From contig KZ538973.1 in the NCBI GenBank assembly GCA_000934665.2, positions 1 to 37,999 on the forward strand: a DNA stretch of 37,999 nucleotides. The letters run 5' to 3'. The notes beneath the pieces were generated by a model. That model made no database searches, was not told where the DNA came from, and saw only the letters and a list, made by a program, of their open reading frames with translations. This DNA comes from Catajapyx aquilonaris (Eukaryota). Positions 34,400-37,999 of the stretch are shown in pieces (within the stretch, counting starts at the first letter, position 1; each line of letters starts with the position of its first letter). Position numbers and translations under genes: made by a program.

Positions 34400-34720
34400 G
34401 CATACATTTAGTAGACTTCAGAATTGCTCAGCGATAAAGCCGTCTCTTGCAGGACGCAAAATCCAGGAAGGAGCCTTATATTCTGTGGCATGTCTCGCCA
34501 ATTCGCAAATGTCGTCTAGGAACTATGCGACTTTACAGCCAGTTTGGTTATCAGCACAGCGCTGTCAGGATTTAGTTGCATAACACTGTTTGTTTCTGGA
34601 TTACTGTTATAAGAGGCTCCGTCCTCGCAATGTCAGAGTGATAGCTCTACAACCTTGCTTGCCAGATTAACGTTATCGCTCTGGGCTGTGCACAGTTCCC
34701 TTTCCTGATTGCACCACACT
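34400..34720 (-). pseudogene. Possible decayed hAT (Tip100-like) transposase fragment
   Basis: NVNLASKVVELSL*HCEDGASYNSN...SVMQLNPDSAVL...SHS...LQETALSLSNS (cf. GQCYDGASNMSG...NPxAxxxxCxxHxLNL). Confidence 0.4.
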
Positions 34721-35032
34721 TGAAATTCTCACACATACTGTAATCTATCTCCCATTCGCGGGAAAGTTGGCCACAAATCCTCCAGTAATCAGTCATTTAC
34801 TAGGATAATAGTTCACGAAGTTGCTATACAGATACTGCGTCGTGAACCGACAAATATTTTAATATTCTTAATTCACACAGCATATAACACAACAAAGGAC
34901 ATAAATACTGGCCAGCCAAGCGGGGTTCTAATCCCGTCCCCGTCACCTCTGCTTAGTCGGGTCTTTTTCCGCTTTTCACCCGACATGTCCGGGCACTCCC
35001 TTCTCTGCCCACGGCCAAGAAAAAAAGGTCTG

Positions 35033-35144
35033 GAGGTGGATTCATCAAATGTCGTAAGTCAAATTTTCGTCGTAACTAGTCGTAACCATAGTTACGACCG
35101 GTTACGACGAAAATTTGACTTACGACATTTGATTAATCCACTCC
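35033..35144. mobile_element. Palindromic MITE, PIF/Harbinger-like, CTG TSD
   Basis: 54-bp arms with about 5 mismatches around a 4-nt loop (cata). CTG at 35030-35032 and 35145-35147; G-rich termini; internal TCGTAA/TTACGA repeats. Confidence 0.88.
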
Positions 35145-35220
35145 CTGGTATATAAGATGGTCTGAAATGACTAAAAACTATTTAAGAGCGCCCTCCCTTG
35201 GGAACTTCCCCCCCCCCCCT

Positions 35221-35277
35221 CCTAAAAGGGCCCAAGGCCCTATCACGGGGTAGCACAGCTAAATAAAAATAAATAAA
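35221..35277 (+). mobile_element. 5'-truncated retroposon 3' end sharing the inner SINE's tail
   Basis: cctaaaagggcccaaggccctatcacggggta followed by (AAAT)n is nearly identical to the reverse complement of 13842-13873 (cccctaagaggcccaaggcctatcacggggta). Confidence 0.75.
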
Positions 35278-36965
35278 CAGAGGACATCAACTGACATTGT
35301 CATATTAAATTCAACTTAATCCAGCAGATGCAAATGGGCCTACATATAACTTTACAACACTGGGTTGGAATATATTGGCGTATCCTATAGTGCGTATGGC
35401 TAAGTTTGTGCTGACTATAAAACATTTCAGTTACATTGACTTGGGCGCTTCTGCATTTTTATGAATGTGTGTGATTCAGTCCTTTGTCAGTCATCCTACC
35501 GGTACTTCCATATCCCGTCGATTATACCATACACTTTTAACAGTTAACAATATCACACTAATAAAAACTACGCTACAAAATTTCGAATACATTTTAGTCC
35601 AGCTCTATAAACCTCGGTCCAGTTCCTCGTCACGGTACCAAATTCCAAACTGTTTAGCCTCACACAAAAAAACGAAGGCCAGGACGCAAAATCGCAACTA
35701 AACGTGGTTAAAGCATCGAGTAGGCTTTAGTCGATCCGGAGAGACCACACGATTTGAATTATTTCCAGCGGTGGAAAACGCGCTTGTCAGCCCATTCGAA
35801 AATGCCGAATGTGTGGGGAACCAAGACAAAGCTGGAATTATTTTGTAATTTCACCGCTGCTGATTCGGCCGATCGTGCCGGTTTCCGGTAGAAAACGAAG
35901 GCTTTTCCTACCCTCCTTCACTGCCCCCTCCCTCCCCCCTCCAAGTCGAGCTAGGATCGATCCGAAACCTAGGAACAGCGTCAGAGACATCTTTAGGCGC
36001 ACCCCAACCTTATTTTTTTTCTATTCTATTCCTAATACTAGGACATTCAAGGAGCTTTAAAATCTGAAGTAGTGATAAGTACTGTGGTGAGGTGTAGGAC
36101 AGGCGACCGGCGCCAGAAACAAGCCCCAAAGTTGAACGCGGTTCTAATTCCGGTTGGGAAATGTCAATCTGCAGAATACGGAAATTTGCATCGGCAAATA
36201 GCCCACCTGATTACAACGCGGCAGCAACCCTTTACTAGTGATTTACAGCTCTGGAGGCAATAAGAAATGCCATTTGCCAAAGAACTATAACCCCCCCACC
36301 CTCCCCCGGCACGATTCGAGCTCATTTACATTTTGGGACTATGGTTTGGGCTTGTAGCATTATTTTACTTTGTATGAAGTCGGAAATGATTGACTCCTCC
36401 CTTGAGCCAGCCTGGATTGAAAGGCAGTCTATGGTGCGGTATATGCCAACTTTTGTCAACTTTCATAATAGGAGTCGTAATGGCCGTTACGTGCACTGGT
36501 CAACTCACACGTGCGTTTGACATCGGCAGAATGAGGCCTGACTCATTCGGAAGTGATTAAAGAATGTGGCTAAATATATTATTTCACAAGGGTAGGACTA
36601 GTCTGAATGCATAGGCTACTGGTGCCATTATTTAACATTGGCACATTTTAAGGAGATAATGTAATTTGTAGAAAAGCACAGATTATGACACACTCTGCGA
36701 CAGTTTTTTCCTCTGAAATCTTATGAGGTTGTTACTGCACAGCCGAATAATAAAATAAGCAATGCATTTTGTAATGAAAAACACAAATGCAAACCATACA
36801 AATAAATTAATCTCCTACTCAAACGTTATGTTTACGATCAAAAGACACGATTTAAAACCTTTTGCCCGGAATTGTATTTTCATTAAAAATTCCAAACTTA
36901 TGCAAAAATATGTACAAAATTAACCATTTAAAAAATACCACATTCTACCACTAGCTGTGCTACAG

Positions 36966-37283
36966 GATATCTTCCTTTTGAATGCAGTGTACTTCAGACC
37001 ACTAGACTCGGCAGCCCCCTAGGGAGGCACAAAATTTGATTGCAAACCAGGTTTCCAAATGCGGTGCAGGTCACCATAAAAAAGAAACGAACATAGGGAC
37101 CTTATTCGTGCACTGTACAACGCACGTATCCCAACAATGAGAAAAGCTGAGTTCTGCAGCACGAAGGCAAGCATCTGCACTGAAGAGACCTATTGGATTG
37201 CACCACACGAATTCCCGTCTCCCGACCATATTTATTTTCACACTTTTTTGAACTCGGTCCGAAACAAGTTGGAAGCGTGTTGA
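36966..37283 (+). pseudogene. Decayed LINE reverse transcriptase (RTE-like)
   Basis: One frame with two internal stops: DIFLLNAV...FDCKPGF...DLIRALYNARIPTMR...STKASI...SPDHIYFHTFLNSV (cf. DQIFxL, FxDxxKAFD, LIxxLYxxxxxxVR, LSPxLFNIFL). Confidence 0.55.
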
Positions 37284-37999
37284 CACACCGCTTGACCTGT
37301 CCAGACTGGAAGTGAAAAAAAGTAGGAGTCTGAATCAACAATAGAGAGGGAAAGAGAGAATTGATGCATAACGCTATAGTTGGAATCAGCATTTTTACCA
37401 TTTTTAGCATGGAATTTATAAGTTGCTGTATAATAAGAGAATATTATATTCATATAACAAAAACAGTGAAACCAACTTCCTCCACTGTATTCAACTAACA
37501 GTACCTATCACATATCCAGCCCACTTGGCATGACCGCAAAACTTTGCACTTGGTGCACATTCAAGTTTTAACCTCTTCTGCGAGAGATACTACTTGCTCA
37601 AAATTTACAGTGAAACCACATTTCTTTGACGTGTAACAAGGAAACAAAACTACAAGATACACCGTTGCATTGCCTTTAGCTATTCTGCTTTTAGCCAATG
37701 AGCGTCCCTGCTCACTGAATGCTCCTTCTGTACATCACAACTACGTAGTGGATCGATACAATTCAAGAGGAGTGCACTACAAAAAATATCGGCAAAAATT
37801 CGTTATTTGTTTTCAGTATTCTGAATAAATAAAACGAGTTGCATAAAATTGTGCAGATTTGATTTGAAGATATTTAAATTTAGGAGAAAATTGATATCCC
37901 AGGAAATATTCGAATTCGAATTGCTGCAATTTGCACTCCAGAATTGTTTTCTGCACTCCAATTTTTGCATTGCAGTTGGTCCTTATATTTAATATGGCT

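Noticed and set aside
34961..34982. miR-316-like string gtctttttccgcttt
   Set aside because: No proper precursor hairpin; context resembles a decayed SINE body.
37775..37786. CACTACAAAAAA CACTA-type terminus
   Set aside because: No matching opposite TIR or TSD within the window.
1..37999. CRISPR array, operon or prokaryotic defence system
   Set aside because: No regularly spaced repeats and no gene-dense architecture; the sequence is eukaryotic non-coding DNA.

Overview
Eukaryotic (invertebrate metazoan, possibly arthropod) non-genic DNA, either intergenic or a large intron. No intact host protein-coding gene is supported; the supplied ORFs are chance ORFs or pieces of decayed transposons. 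Directly visible: a V-SINE-like element nested in a second tRNA-derived SINE with both target-site duplications intact (13760-14300), a 72-nt tRNA-like cloverleaf of ambiguous identity (4873-4944, minus), four palindromic MITEs, a short-TIR element and microsatellites. Hand translation through stops and frameshifts suggests many ancient TE fossils: DIRS RT-RNaseH-methyltransferase, three hAT, piggyBac and Academ transposases, and LINE endonuclease, RT and RNase H pieces. These protein calls are by-eye motif resemblances, not database hits. Between the fossils are TE-poor islands with TALE/Hox-type motif clusters. I found no convincing new multi-gene system. The best leads are the template-switch hairpin in the SINE, the odd tRNA and an unidentified, possibly spliced coding relic at about 30.7-31.9 kb.
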